A stretch of 64,000 nt of DNA from an uncultured bacterium (GTDB lineage: Bacteria; JAUVQV01; DATDCY01), in the NCBI GenBank assembly GCA_964513745.1, contig CAZEOK010000003.1, positions 3,150-67,149 of the forward strand, written 5' to 3'. Shown here piece by piece: positions 50,485 through 59,447 of the stretch. The position numbers were made by a program, and so were the translations under genes. Within the stretch, counting starts at the first letter, position 1. Each line of letters opens with the position of its first letter. Under the pieces are notes generated by a model, which saw only the letters and a list, made by a program, of their open reading frames with translations, was not told the origin of the DNA and ran no database searches.

Positions 50485-51243
50485 TTACCCTCCGCTCTGC
50501 TCCGGGCCGCTGCAGGTCCCGTCCCCTGCCGGACCTTCAAGCTTCTCGGCGCGCGCCGCTACCCAGCGCAACCAGATTTTACCGGTAACGATCACTCCCG
50601 CCGCGCTGGCCACCTCGGCAATCCAGAGCGCGCGTTCGGGAAGCACGACCAGCCGCGCGGCGACGGGATCGGTGAGCACCATCTCGGCTGCGACTTTGCC
50701 GAGCACCGCGGCCCCTGCGTAGAGAATCGCCGGGTAACGGTCCATGAGCATCGAGAGCAGTCCGCTCGTGAAGACAACGAAAGGAATCGAGAGGACGAGA
50801 CCGAAGCTCAGCAGGAAAAGGTTGCCGTGGGAGGCGCCACCAACGGCGAGCATGTTGTCGAGGGCCATCGTGATGTCGGCAACGACGATGACGCGCACCG
50901 CCTGCCAGACGGTGGTTGCCGCCCGTTCCCCAACCTCTTCGGGGGTCCCCTCGACAAAGAGCTTGACGGCGATCCAGCCGATGAGCAGCCCGCCGACGAG
51001 TTTGATATAAGGCGTGCGTAGCAGCTGCGCCACGAAGAAGGTGGCGACGACACGCAGCAGCACGGCCGCCGCCGAGCCGAGCAGGATTCCCCGCCGTCGC
51101 TGCTCGCGCGGCAGCGAGCGCACCGCCATGGCGATGACGACCGCGTTGTCGCCGGCGAGAATCAGATCGATCAGGACGATGCTGGCGAGCGCCGAGAAAA
51201 ACGCCGCGTCGAAGGTGACGGTGCCGATCGTCCCGAAGTCCAT
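50485..51243 (-). CDS. TerC/YjbE family integral membrane protein
   Basis: Paired LAGDNAVVIAM and ALDNMLAV motifs. About 7 TM segments. Confidence 0.85.
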   Translation of the reverse strand: MDFGTIGTVTFDAAFFSALASIVLIDLILAGDNAVVIAMAVRSLPREQRRRGILLGSAAAVLLRVVATFFVAQLLRTPYIKLVGGLLIGWIAVKLFVEGTPEEVGERAATTVWQAVRVIVVADITMALDNMLAVGGASHGNLFLLSFGLVLSIPFVVFTSGLLSMLMDRYPAILYAGAAVLGKVAAEMVLTDPVAARLVVLPERALWIAEVASAAGVIVTGKIWLRWVAARAEKLEGPAGDGTCSGPEQSGG

Positions 51244-51268
51244 GACAGCCTCCCGACGTCCCCGGTCC

Positions 51269-51297
51269 TAGTGTGGCTTGTCGGGCACGGTTGTCAA
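51269..51297 (-). promoter_or_regulatory. candidate sigma-70 promoter TTGACA-N17-ACACTA for the TerC-family gene
   Basis: Read on the minus strand. The -35 hexamer is perfect and the -10 is weak. Confidence 0.3.
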
Positions 51298-51397
51298 CAG
51301 GGAAGCCCCGCCGTACACTGAACCGCATGGCTGCGGCAGAGAATCCCGATTGCGTGGAGGCCCGGGCGTGCTGCACGTCCCGGAGATTCTCGGCGGG

Positions 51398-52201
51398 ATG
51401 ACCGCAGCTGGCCGTACCACCCTCGCCGTCTGCATCATCACCCTCGACGAGGAGGACCGCATCGGCGACTGCCTCGACTCGGTCTCGTGGGCCGACGAGC
51501 TGCTCGTCGTCGACTCCGGCAGCACCGACCGCACCGTCGCGATCGCGCGCGAGAAAGGCGCACGGGTCGTCGTCCGCGAATGGCCGGGGTACGCCGCCCA
51601 GAAGAACTTTGCGCTGGAGCAGGTCGCGGCCGACTGGGTGCTGAGCATTGACGCCGACGAACGGGTCACCCCCGAGTTGGCTGCCGAGATCCGCGGCCTG
51701 CTGGCGGACCCGCCGGAACAGATCGTCGGCGCCAGCCTGCCGCGGCGCACCTGGTACCTCGGTCGCTGGATCCGTCACGGCGGGTGGTACCCCGACCGCA
51801 AGGTGCGCCTCGTGCGCCGCGGCCGGGGCCGATGGGACGGCGAGAGCATCCACGAGCGGCTCGTGGCGGAGGGTGCGACCCGCAAGTTGCAGGGCGACCT
51901 TCTGCACTTCACGTATCGTGGCATCGCGGACCACCTGCGGACCATCGACAGGTTCACGACGGAGTCGGCGCGGGAGATGGCGGCCCGCGGCAGGTCCGGG
52001 GCGCTCTTCGGCATGATCGTCAATCCGCCGCTGAAATTCCTGAAGATGTACCTGCTCAAAGCGGGGTTTCTCGACGGGTCGCCCGGGTTCGCCGTGGCGG
52101 TGTTGGGGAGCTATTATGTGTTCCTGAAGTACGCAAAGCTGTGGGAGTTGCGACGGGAAGGACGTGGCGGGGTGAGGAGGCCCCGGGGCGATGGGAACTG
52201 A
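51398..52201 (+). CDS. glycosyltransferase family 2 (LPS core-type)
   Basis: LAVCIITLDEEDRIGDCLDSV ... VVDSGSTDRT ... SIDADE motifs. An in-frame GTG at 51368 is an alternative start. Confidence 0.85.
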   Translation: MTAAGRTTLAVCIITLDEEDRIGDCLDSVSWADELLVVDSGSTDRTVAIAREKGARVVVREWPGYAAQKNFALEQVAADWVLSIDADERVTPELAAEIRGLLADPPEQIVGASLPRRTWYLGRWIRHGGWYPDRKVRLVRRGRGRWDGESIHERLVAEGATRKLQGDLLHFTYRGIADHLRTIDRFTTESAREMAARGRSGALFGMIVNPPLKFLKMYLLKAGFLDGSPGFAVAVLGSYYVFLKYAKLWELRREGRGGVRRPRGDGN

Positions 52202-53312
52202 CAATCTGATTTTTCTCGAAGTCCTCGAGTGGTTCGACCAGAGCGGCCGCGAGCTGGTGCACCGCATCCCGGAAGGCGGTTCGGGCGAGATCAAGTACGG
52301 CGCGCAGCTCACCGTGCGCGAGAGCCAGGCGGCCGTGATGTTCTACCAGGGCAAGGCCTTCGACGCGTTCGGGCCGGGGCGGCATACGCTGGTCACCGGC
52401 AACATCCCGATCCTGACCAAGATCCTCTCGGCGCCCTGGGGGATGAAGAGTCCGCTGCGGGCCGAGGTCTACTTCGTCAGTCTCAAGGACTTCGCGAACC
52501 TCACCTGGGGGACTCGCGATCCGGTGGCCTTCAAGGACTCTAAGCTTGGGCTGATCCGACTGCGGGCGCACGGCGTGTTCAACGTGAAGGTCGTGCAACC
52601 GGTGTTGCTGATCAACAGCCTCGTCGGCACCCAGGGGGTCTTCACGACCGAGCAGATCGAGGAGTACCTGGCGCGCGTCATCGTCTCGCGCTTCAACGAC
52701 CACCTGGGGGAGCACCTCGACTCGGTTGTCGATCTTCCCGGGACCTACGAAGAGCTCTCGGCGGGGCTCACGAAGAGGCTGGCCGAGGACTTCGCGCGCT
52801 ACGGGCTGGCGCTCACCCAGCTCTGCATCGTTTCGGTGACCCCGCCCCAGGAGGTCCAGAAGGCGATCGACGACAAAAGCCGGCTCGGCGTCTTCGACGA
52901 CCTGAACAAGCTGCTGCAGCTGAAGGCCGCTATGGCCGTCGAGAAGGTCGCCGAGCAGCAGGGGGCGGCAGGGGCAGGCGCCGGGATGGGACTCGGGCTG
53001 ATGATGCCGTCGTTTTTCGCCCAGGCCTTCGCCAACGGCGGCGCGCCCGCGGCTGCGCCGCCGACGCCCTGTCCGGCGTGCGGCTATCCGGCGGCGGCGG
53101 ACGCGCGCTTCTGCGCACGCTGCGGCGGTCAGCTCGTCGTCTTCCAGAAGTGCGCGCGCTGCGCCGAGGACGTCGCTCCCGGGGCGCGTTTCTGCGGCCG
53201 TTGCGGCACGCCGTCCGGGGCGAAGCCGCAGGAAAAAAAGTGCGCGCGCTGCGGGCTGGAGAACCTGCCGAACTCCGTCTTCTGCAACCAGTGCGGCGAG
53301 AAGCTTGCCTGA
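52191..53312 (+). CDS. SPFH-domain protein of the YdjI type with three C-terminal zinc ribbons
   Basis: VLEWFDQSG ... AEVYFVSLKDFANLTWGT ... PPQEVQKAI resembles B. subtilis YdjI. The C-terminus carries CPACG..FCARCG, CARC..FCGRCG and CARCG..FCNQCG. 11-nt overlap with the GT2 gene. Confidence 0.85.
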   Translation: MGTDNLIFLEVLEWFDQSGRELVHRIPEGGSGEIKYGAQLTVRESQAAVMFYQGKAFDAFGPGRHTLVTGNIPILTKILSAPWGMKSPLRAEVYFVSLKDFANLTWGTRDPVAFKDSKLGLIRLRAHGVFNVKVVQPVLLINSLVGTQGVFTTEQIEEYLARVIVSRFNDHLGEHLDSVVDLPGTYEELSAGLTKRLAEDFARYGLALTQLCIVSVTPPQEVQKAIDDKSRLGVFDDLNKLLQLKAAMAVEKVAEQQGAAGAGAGMGLGLMMPSFFAQAFANGGAPAAAPPTPCPACGYPAAADARFCARCGGQLVVFQKCARCAEDVAPGARFCGRCGTPSGAKPQEKKCARCGLENLPNSVFCNQCGEKLA

Positions 53313-53474
53313 GCCGCGAGCGCACTTTTCCGCCCTGGCGGCGTTGCGCTCCTCGGCCCTCCCTGCGGCGTACACCAGTACACCTCAGTCGAGCCTCGTC
53401 GCGTCGCCTTGCCAGGACAAAAAATTGCGATCGCGGCAATAGCATGAACAAGTCGGAGCCATCGGGCGCAGATC

Positions 53475-54725
53475 ATGGCTGAGAGCAGGATTATGTCGGT
53501 CGAGCACGAGTGCCCGCAGTGCGGTGGCGCGGTGCAGCTCGGCGAGGCCGACCGCCTCCTGGCCTGTCCATTTTGCCGGGCGCGTCTCGCCCTGTGGCCG
53601 GGGGAGTTCTTCCGCTACTGGATACCGCCGGCGGCCGCGGCCGGCGACGAGGTGCTGCTCGCGCCGTACTGGCGCATCCGCGGCCTGGACTGCGCGCTGC
53701 GCCCCTACCAGGTGCGCGAGCGCGTGCTGGACGCGACCTTCCCGGCGATCACATCGAGCTGCCTGCCACCCACCCTCGGCCTGCGCCCGCAGGCGATGAA
53801 GCTGCGCTTCGCGACCGCCAGGACGCCGGCGTTCTTCCTCGCGCCCGACCGCGGGCTCGTCGCCGCGCTCGCCGGGACTGCCGATCTCTCGCGCCTGGCG
53901 GACGAGGCGATCGAGGGCGCACCGTCGCTGCACCGCGAGTTCATCGTCGAAACGGCAAGCCTCGTCTACACGCCGCTCGTGATTCGCGGTGAGACAATCC
54001 TCGACGCGCTGCTGATGCGGGAACTCTCCGGATGCGCGGGGGAGGCCGACGCGCTGCTGGAGCGCGTGGAGCGGGACCGGCACTGGGGGCTGAACTTTTC
54101 CGCCTCGCTCTGCCCCGAGTGCGGCCGCGACCTCGACGGTGGGCCCCGCAGCGTCGTGCTCTTCTGCCGCAGCTGCCGCGCGGGCTGGCAGGGCTCGAGC
54201 GGGGGTTTGCAGCGCGTGCCGTGCGAGGCGCTGCCCGCCACCGCGGGTGCCGTGCTGCTCCCGTTCTGGAGGCTGCGCGCGACCCTGAGCGCCTTCTCGC
54301 TGCGCACGGGCGACGACCTGATCCGTTTCGCGAATGTTTCGCGGGGCGTGCAGAAGGGCGCGGGCGAAGACCCGCTCTGGTTCTGGGTGCCGGCCTTCCC
54401 GATTGCGCCGGGCCCGTTTCTTCGCGTGGCGCGGCAGCTCACGCTCGCCCAGCTCCCGCTCGGCGCCGAGGCCCGCGAGGGCGCCGAATGGGAAGCTGTG
54501 CAGCCCGCGACGATCGAGGCCGCGAAGGCTGTCGGGGCGGTCAAAGTGCTGCTCGCGCAACTCGGCCAGCCGCGCAAGGAGGTCTTTCCGATGATCCCGT
54601 CGGTCGTGGCGACGCTCGAGGAGGCGCGACTCGCGCTGCTGCCCTTCGCGCAGTCCGCAGGCGACTGGATCCAGCCTGACACCGGCGCTGCGATCGCGCG
54701 CGCCACCCTGCGGCCGGGACGATGA
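53475..54725 (+). CDS. internally duplicated double zinc-ribbon protein of unknown function
   Basis: Cys13/16/31/34 and Cys213/216/231/234 have identical spacing, each followed by LL(A)P(Y/F)WR(I/L)R. The likely start may be the ATG at 53493. The stop overlaps the recQ start (ATGA). Confidence 0.75.
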   Translation: MAESRIMSVEHECPQCGGAVQLGEADRLLACPFCRARLALWPGEFFRYWIPPAAAAGDEVLLAPYWRIRGLDCALRPYQVRERVLDATFPAITSSCLPPTLGLRPQAMKLRFATARTPAFFLAPDRGLVAALAGTADLSRLADEAIEGAPSLHREFIVETASLVYTPLVIRGETILDALLMRELSGCAGEADALLERVERDRHWGLNFSASLCPECGRDLDGGPRSVVLFCRSCRAGWQGSSGGLQRVPCEALPATAGAVLLPFWRLRATLSAFSLRTGDDLIRFANVSRGVQKGAGEDPLWFWVPAFPIAPGPFLRVARQLTLAQLPLGAEAREGAEWEAVQPATIEAAKAVGAVKVLLAQLGQPRKEVFPMIPSVVATLEEARLALLPFAQSAGDWIQPDTGAAIARATLRPGR

Positions 54726-56599
54726 CGGCCCACCCCCCTCCGGGAGTCGCAGGCGAGGCCCTGAAGAAGCACTGGGGCTATCCGGCCTTCCGACCGTTGC
54801 AGCGCGAAGCCGTCGAGGCGGCGATCGCGGGGCAAGACGTGCTGGTCGTGCTGCCGACCGGCGGCGGCAAGAGTCTCTGCTACCAGCTGCCGGCGGTCTG
54901 CGGCCGGGCGCTGGTGCTCGTCGTCTCGCCGCTGATCGCGCTGATGGACGACCAGGTGGCCGGCGCGCAGCAGGCCGGACTGCGCGCCGCCGCGTTGCAC
55001 TCGAACCTCGGCGAGGAGCGTCGCCGGCAGGCGTTCGGCGACGCGGCGCGCGGCCGCCTGGAGATTCTCTACGTTTCACCCGAGCGGCTCGCGGTCGGCG
55101 ACCTGATCGACGTGCTCGCCCCCCGCCTCGGCCTGGTCGCCGTCGACGAGGCGCACTGCGTCTCGCACTGGGGGCACGACTTTCGGCCCGAGTACCGCCA
55201 GCTCGCTCCGCTCTTCGACCGGGCGCCCGCGGCGGTCCGCATGGCTTTGACCGCCACCGCCACGCCGCAAGTGCAGGAGGACATTTGCGCGCAACTCGGT
55301 CTGCGCTCCCCGCTGCGGCTGGTCGGCCACCCGGACCGGCCGAACCTGGTGTACCGCGCCCACCCGCGCGCGGAAGGGTCGCGCCAGATCCTCGACGTCG
55401 TGCGTCGACACCCGGGGCAGGGCGGGATCGTCTATGCGCTGACGCGCAAGGACACCGAGCGCATCGCCGAGGCGCTGCGGAAGGCCGGCGTCGACGCCCG
55501 CCCCTATCACGCGGGGATGGAGCCAGATGCCCGTGCGCGCGTCCAGGACGACTTTGTCAACGAGCGGCTGCAGGTGGTGGCGGCGACGATCGCCTTCGGC
55601 ATGGGGATCGACCGCTCGAACGTGCGCTTCGTCGTCCACGCGCACCTGCCGCGCTCGCTCGAGCACTACCAGCAGGAATCGGGCCGCGCCGGCCGCGACG
55701 GCCTGCCGGCCGAGTGCGTCCTGCTTGCCAGCGCCGGCGACCTCTTCCGGCACCGGCGCATGGCGCAGCTGGACGGTCCGCTGCAGCAGGATCGTCGCGT
55801 CGCCCTCGACCGCCAGCTCCGGGACATCGGCCGCTTCGCGGTGGCGCCGGTCTGCCGCCACCGCATCCTCGTCGAGCACTTCGGTTTCACCCTGGCGCAC
55901 GAGCCCGCCGGCTGCGGGGCCTGCGACGTCTGCCTCGGCGAAACCTCCGAGCTGCCGGCGTCGGAGGCACTGGTGATCGCCCGCAAGATCATCAGCGCGG
56001 CCTGGCGCTGCGGCAACTCGTTCGGTGCCGCGCACGTGGCCGAGGTCCTGCGCGGTGGCGATTCGGAGAAGGTGCGCCGCTTCGGCCACGAGCAGCTCTC
56101 GGTTTTCGGGTTGCTCGCCGGCGTGCCCGAGGGCGCGGTGCGCTCCTGGATCGACCAGCTCGTCGTGCAGGGCTATCTGGAGATTCGCGACAAGGAGGGG
56201 TTCCCGCTGCTCGCGATGACTGAGGCGGGCAGGACGCTGTGCGGCGAGGCGGGCGAGGTGCGTCTCGGGCGTTTCGAGGAGCGGCCGCGCGCGGGAAAGT
56301 CGAAGACCTCCGGCAAGGCGGCGCGCGTCGCGCACGAGGAGACACTCGGTGCCGAAGGAGTGGAACTCTTCGAGCGGCTGCGCGCGCTGCGCCGGCTGAT
56401 CGCCGAGCGGCTGCACGTCCCGCCCTATGTGGTCTTCTCCGATGCGACGCTGCGCGATCTGGTGCTGGTGCGCCCGCGCGACGCCGACCAGCTCCTGCTC
56501 GTCAAGGGCATCGGCGAGCACAAGCGTGAGCGCTTCGGCCCGTCGTTTCTCGCGCTGCTTGCGGGCGAGGACCCCGAAGCGGCGGCTGCGCGTCAGTAA
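54722..56599 (+). CDS. recQ: ATP-dependent DNA helicase RecQ
   Basis: FRPLQREA, TGGGKSLCYQLPA, DEAHCVSHWGHDFRPEY, RQ-C zinc motif (CRHR...CGACDVC) and a C-terminal HRDC domain. Confidence 0.95.
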   Translation: MTAHPPPGVAGEALKKHWGYPAFRPLQREAVEAAIAGQDVLVVLPTGGGKSLCYQLPAVCGRALVLVVSPLIALMDDQVAGAQQAGLRAAALHSNLGEERRRQAFGDAARGRLEILYVSPERLAVGDLIDVLAPRLGLVAVDEAHCVSHWGHDFRPEYRQLAPLFDRAPAAVRMALTATATPQVQEDICAQLGLRSPLRLVGHPDRPNLVYRAHPRAEGSRQILDVVRRHPGQGGIVYALTRKDTERIAEALRKAGVDARPYHAGMEPDARARVQDDFVNERLQVVAATIAFGMGIDRSNVRFVVHAHLPRSLEHYQQESGRAGRDGLPAECVLLASAGDLFRHRRMAQLDGPLQQDRRVALDRQLRDIGRFAVAPVCRHRILVEHFGFTLAHEPAGCGACDVCLGETSELPASEALVIARKIISAAWRCGNSFGAAHVAEVLRGGDSEKVRRFGHEQLSVFGLLAGVPEGAVRSWIDQLVVQGYLEIRDKEGFPLLAMTEAGRTLCGEAGEVRLGRFEERPRAGKSKTSGKAARVAHEETLGAEGVELFERLRALRRLIAERLHVPPYVVFSDATLRDLVLVRPRDADQLLLVKGIGEHKRERFGPSFLALLAGEDPEAAAARQ

Positions 56600-58059
56600 A
56601 GGATCACCTTCACGCCGCGGCCCGCGAGAAAGGCGAGGATCTGCTCTTCCGGGGCGGTGTCGGTGAACAGCAGGCTCTCGCCGGCCTGCTTGAGGAAAAC
56701 TCCGGGGACGGAGATCGTGAACTTGTCCTTCCCGGTGCCGCCCGGTTCCCTGAATTCCACCCGTGGGGAGGAGTGGCCAAGCCCCAACGCGGCGAGCAGG
56801 GCGGCGACCGTCTGCTGCGGGGAGAGGTGGGGAAGAATGGTCGCGTGGCCGATCTCCTGGGCGTCCATGAGCCCGGCAAGAGGCTGGGGGATCTCGCGGA
56901 ACGAGACGACCAGCCGTCGCGCACCCTCCACCAGGAGGTCCGCCCTGTAGCTCATCGCAACCCCGCCACCCTCTTCGGTGTAGAGGCTCAGGTCAAGATC
57001 GCTGAGGAAGGGCAGTCCGAGCCGTGCGAGCAGCTTGCCCAACAGCTCCGCCCGGCTGGCGCTGCGGATCGATTCGGTCGCGGCACGCACGGACGGGGCC
57101 GGCTCATCGCGCGAGCTTTCCTCCAGCGAAGCCGGGATGTTGACGACCTGGATGTTGTGTCGGGCGGCGTATTCGCGGATCGCCCTGGGGATGACCTCCC
57201 GGGGGTAGCGGGCGTAGTTGATGGCGTAGAGACTGCCGTCCACGATGCTGTCCGGGGTTTTTTCGACAAGCCAGTCGCAGGAGAGCGACACTCGCACGTC
57301 CCCCCCCAGGACCAGATCCTTGGAGCGGGCCACCGCGGCGTAGCCGCTCTGCCGCAGCAGACGGTCGAGAGCCTCCTCGGGCGACGCGGCGCCACCCAGG
57401 CGTACCAGCCGGTAGTTCGGCCAGGTCTTTTCGAGCAGATCCTTGAGTGTGACGGGGAGGGTGTCCCGGGGGTCGAGAACGAGCACGGCGCCGCTGCGCA
57501 GGGAGATGAGCGGGTACCGTGCGCTGTCGAGGCTCAGGGTCCCCGATCCTAGGATGGGGATGTAGAGAGAGCCCTTGTTCTGGACGGTCTCCCCCATCCG
57601 CGTGAATGCCTGCTGCGGCAGCAACTCGGCGTCGGGGGGAGAGGGGACCGCAGGCGGGGAGATGCGCACCGGAGCGGGAACGGCAGGCATCGGCGTGGCT
57701 CCCGGCGCCGGTTTCCCCGCGGCTCCGGCCCCGGCACTGCTGCTTGCCGGCGAGCCCGTGCCCGCTGGCGGGGGGAAGATCAGCACCTGCCCGGGTCGGA
57801 TGAGATTGATGTTCCTGATGGACGGATTGGCGCCCTCGAAGAGGCGCAAATAGGCGGGGATGGCCTTCTCCTCAAGACCCATCCTGCGCAGGATGCGGTG
57901 CAGGCAATCGCCCGGCTGGACGGTGTATTGTCCGGGGATATTCGCGCGTTGGCTCGAAAGGGTCTTGGTCAGGACCATATCCACGTCCTCGGCAGCGGCA
58001 CGCTCCTGGGCGAGGAGCGGGAGGATCAGGGAAAGGATCGAAATGATGGCGAATGGCAT
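56593..58059 (-). CDS. secreted LysM domain protein with large uncharacterised C-terminal region
   Basis: Start MPFAIISILSLILPLLA at 58059. LysM segment YTVQPGDCLHRILRRMG...IRPGQVLIFP. Pro/Ala linker. 7-nt convergent overlap with recQ. Confidence 0.75.
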   Translation of the reverse strand: MPFAIISILSLILPLLAQERAAAEDVDMVLTKTLSSQRANIPGQYTVQPGDCLHRILRRMGLEEKAIPAYLRLFEGANPSIRNINLIRPGQVLIFPPPAGTGSPASSSAGAGAAGKPAPGATPMPAVPAPVRISPPAVPSPPDAELLPQQAFTRMGETVQNKGSLYIPILGSGTLSLDSARYPLISLRSGAVLVLDPRDTLPVTLKDLLEKTWPNYRLVRLGGAASPEEALDRLLRQSGYAAVARSKDLVLGGDVRVSLSCDWLVEKTPDSIVDGSLYAINYARYPREVIPRAIREYAARHNIQVVNIPASLEESSRDEPAPSVRAATESIRSASRAELLGKLLARLGLPFLSDLDLSLYTEEGGGVAMSYRADLLVEGARRLVVSFREIPQPLAGLMDAQEIGHATILPHLSPQQTVAALLAALGLGHSSPRVEFREPGGTGKDKFTISVPGVFLKQAGESLLFTDTAPEEQILAFLAGRGVKVILY

Positions 58060-58128
58060 TGTGAACCAACCTTCCCGCGATTTCGAAATCCAGTGACGGC
58101 ACCGTTCGCACGCACACCAGCCTTTTTC

Positions 58129-58157
58129 AGTATGGTGTCCGGGGAGTAGGTTGTCAA
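58129..58157 (-). promoter_or_regulatory. candidate sigma-70 promoter TTGACA-N17-CATACT for the LysM gene
   Basis: Read on the minus strand, about 70 nt upstream of the start at 58059. Confidence 0.4.
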
Positions 58158-58383
58158 ACCACAGATTGGTGCCCGCCGCAGCAGCTGGGCGTTTTTCAGC
58201 AACCTGCCAGCGGGGACTCGACGCCCGCGCCGTACGAGAGTGGTCGTGGAGCGACGTCCCGGAGGACGGGGGGCGTTGCATTTGGTAAATATTCTTCCAT
58301 ATTGATATGTGAAACAGGTTGTCCAGTCCAGGGGGATGCCCTTCGCGATACCGCACCGGTCGGCTGTGGGAAGGAGGTCCGCG

Positions 58384-58869
58384 ATGAACAGGCAGCAGAA
58401 GTCCCGCACCAACACGAAGATGATCCAGCCGGAGCGCCACGACACCTACAAGGACCGAGGCAAACTTCACGAACCGACGGTTTGCAGCGGTTGCGGGGCG
58501 GTTTTTCTCGATGGGCGATGGTCCTGGGCAACGGCGCCCCGGGGAGCCAACAAGGCGGTCTGCCCCGCCTGCCTGCGTGTCGCCGATCGCTTCCCCGCGG
58601 GCCGCGTCGAAATCGGGGGAGGGTTCTTCAAGGAACATCGGGAGGAGATTCTGCGCCTTGTGCGCAACGTCGAGGCCACCGAGAAGAAGGAGCGTCCGAT
58701 GGAGCGGATCATGGCCATCGCGGACGACGGCGACCAGACCATCGTGACGACCACCGGCATCCATGTTGCCCGCCGCATCGGCGAGTCTCTCTCCCACTCC
58801 TACCAGGGCGAGTTCGCCTTCCGCTATGGCGATGGCGAGGATTCCATTCGCGTTAGCTGGTCGCGCTGA
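58384..58869 (+). CDS. BCAM0308-family (NMD3-like zinc ribbon) protein
   Basis: GGAAGGAGG RBS before the ATG at 58384. CSGCG ... CPAC pairs. EHREEILRLVRNVEATEKKERPMERIM ... TTTGIHVARRIGESL pattern. Confidence 0.7.
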   Translation: MNRQQKSRTNTKMIQPERHDTYKDRGKLHEPTVCSGCGAVFLDGRWSWATAPRGANKAVCPACLRVADRFPAGRVEIGGGFFKEHREEILRLVRNVEATEKKERPMERIMAIADDGDQTIVTTTGIHVARRIGESLSHSYQGEFAFRYGDGEDSIRVSWSR

Positions 58870-58890
58870 CTGTACGGAGGGCGGCCTCGG

Positions 58891-59445
58891 TCACGACGGC
58901 TCCGACGCGCCGATCCCGGACAGCGCCACCCCGATGTATGGCAGGGTGCGCCAGCGATCGGCACAGTCCAGGCCGTAGCCCACGGCCCAGACATCGGGAA
59001 TGTCGAAACCGACGTAATCAGCCTCCACCTCGATCTGGAGGCGGGAGGGTTTGCGCACCAGAACGCACGTCCTGAGCTGCGATGGCCCGCGTCCCCGGAA
59101 AAGCTGCAGCAGGAAGTGCAGGGTGTGGCCGGTGTCGAGAATGTCCTCGACCAGCAGCACCGGCCGTCCGGCAAGCTCACTGCGCACATCGGTCAGCAGC
59201 GCGATGTTCCCCGAGGCTGCGGTCCCGCCCCCGTAGTGCGAGGTCGCGACGAAATCCACGGCGTGGGGGACGGTGATCCGTCGGGCGAGGTCGGCCAGGA
59301 AAATGAACGCTCCCCGCAGCACACCGACGAGGAGCAGCCCCTGCGCCCCGCTGAAGTCCCGCGAAATCTCGGCGGCCAGCTCCTGGACCCGTGTCCGGAT
59401 CCGCTCCTCGCTGATCAGCACGGGCGGGCGCACCTCGTTGCTCAT
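58891..59445 (-). CDS. hpt: hypoxanthine phosphoribosyltransferase, second paralogue
   Basis: Start MSNEVRPPVL at 59445. LRGAFIFLADL and PRPP motif VLLVEDILDTGHTL. Lies 2 nt downstream of the ade stop. Confidence 0.9.
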   Translation of the reverse strand: MSNEVRPPVLISEERIRTRVQELAAEISRDFSGAQGLLLVGVLRGAFIFLADLARRITVPHAVDFVATSHYGGGTAASGNIALLTDVRSELAGRPVLLVEDILDTGHTLHFLLQLFRGRGPSQLRTCVLVRKPSRLQIEVEADYVGFDIPDVWAVGYGLDCADRWRTLPYIGVALSGIGASEPS

Positions 59446-59447
59446 TG

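Noticed and set aside
51244-51397. yybP-ykoY (Mn) riboswitch upstream of the TerC-family gene.
   Set aside because: The leader after the candidate promoter is only about 25 nt. I see none of the conserved riboswitch core sequences.
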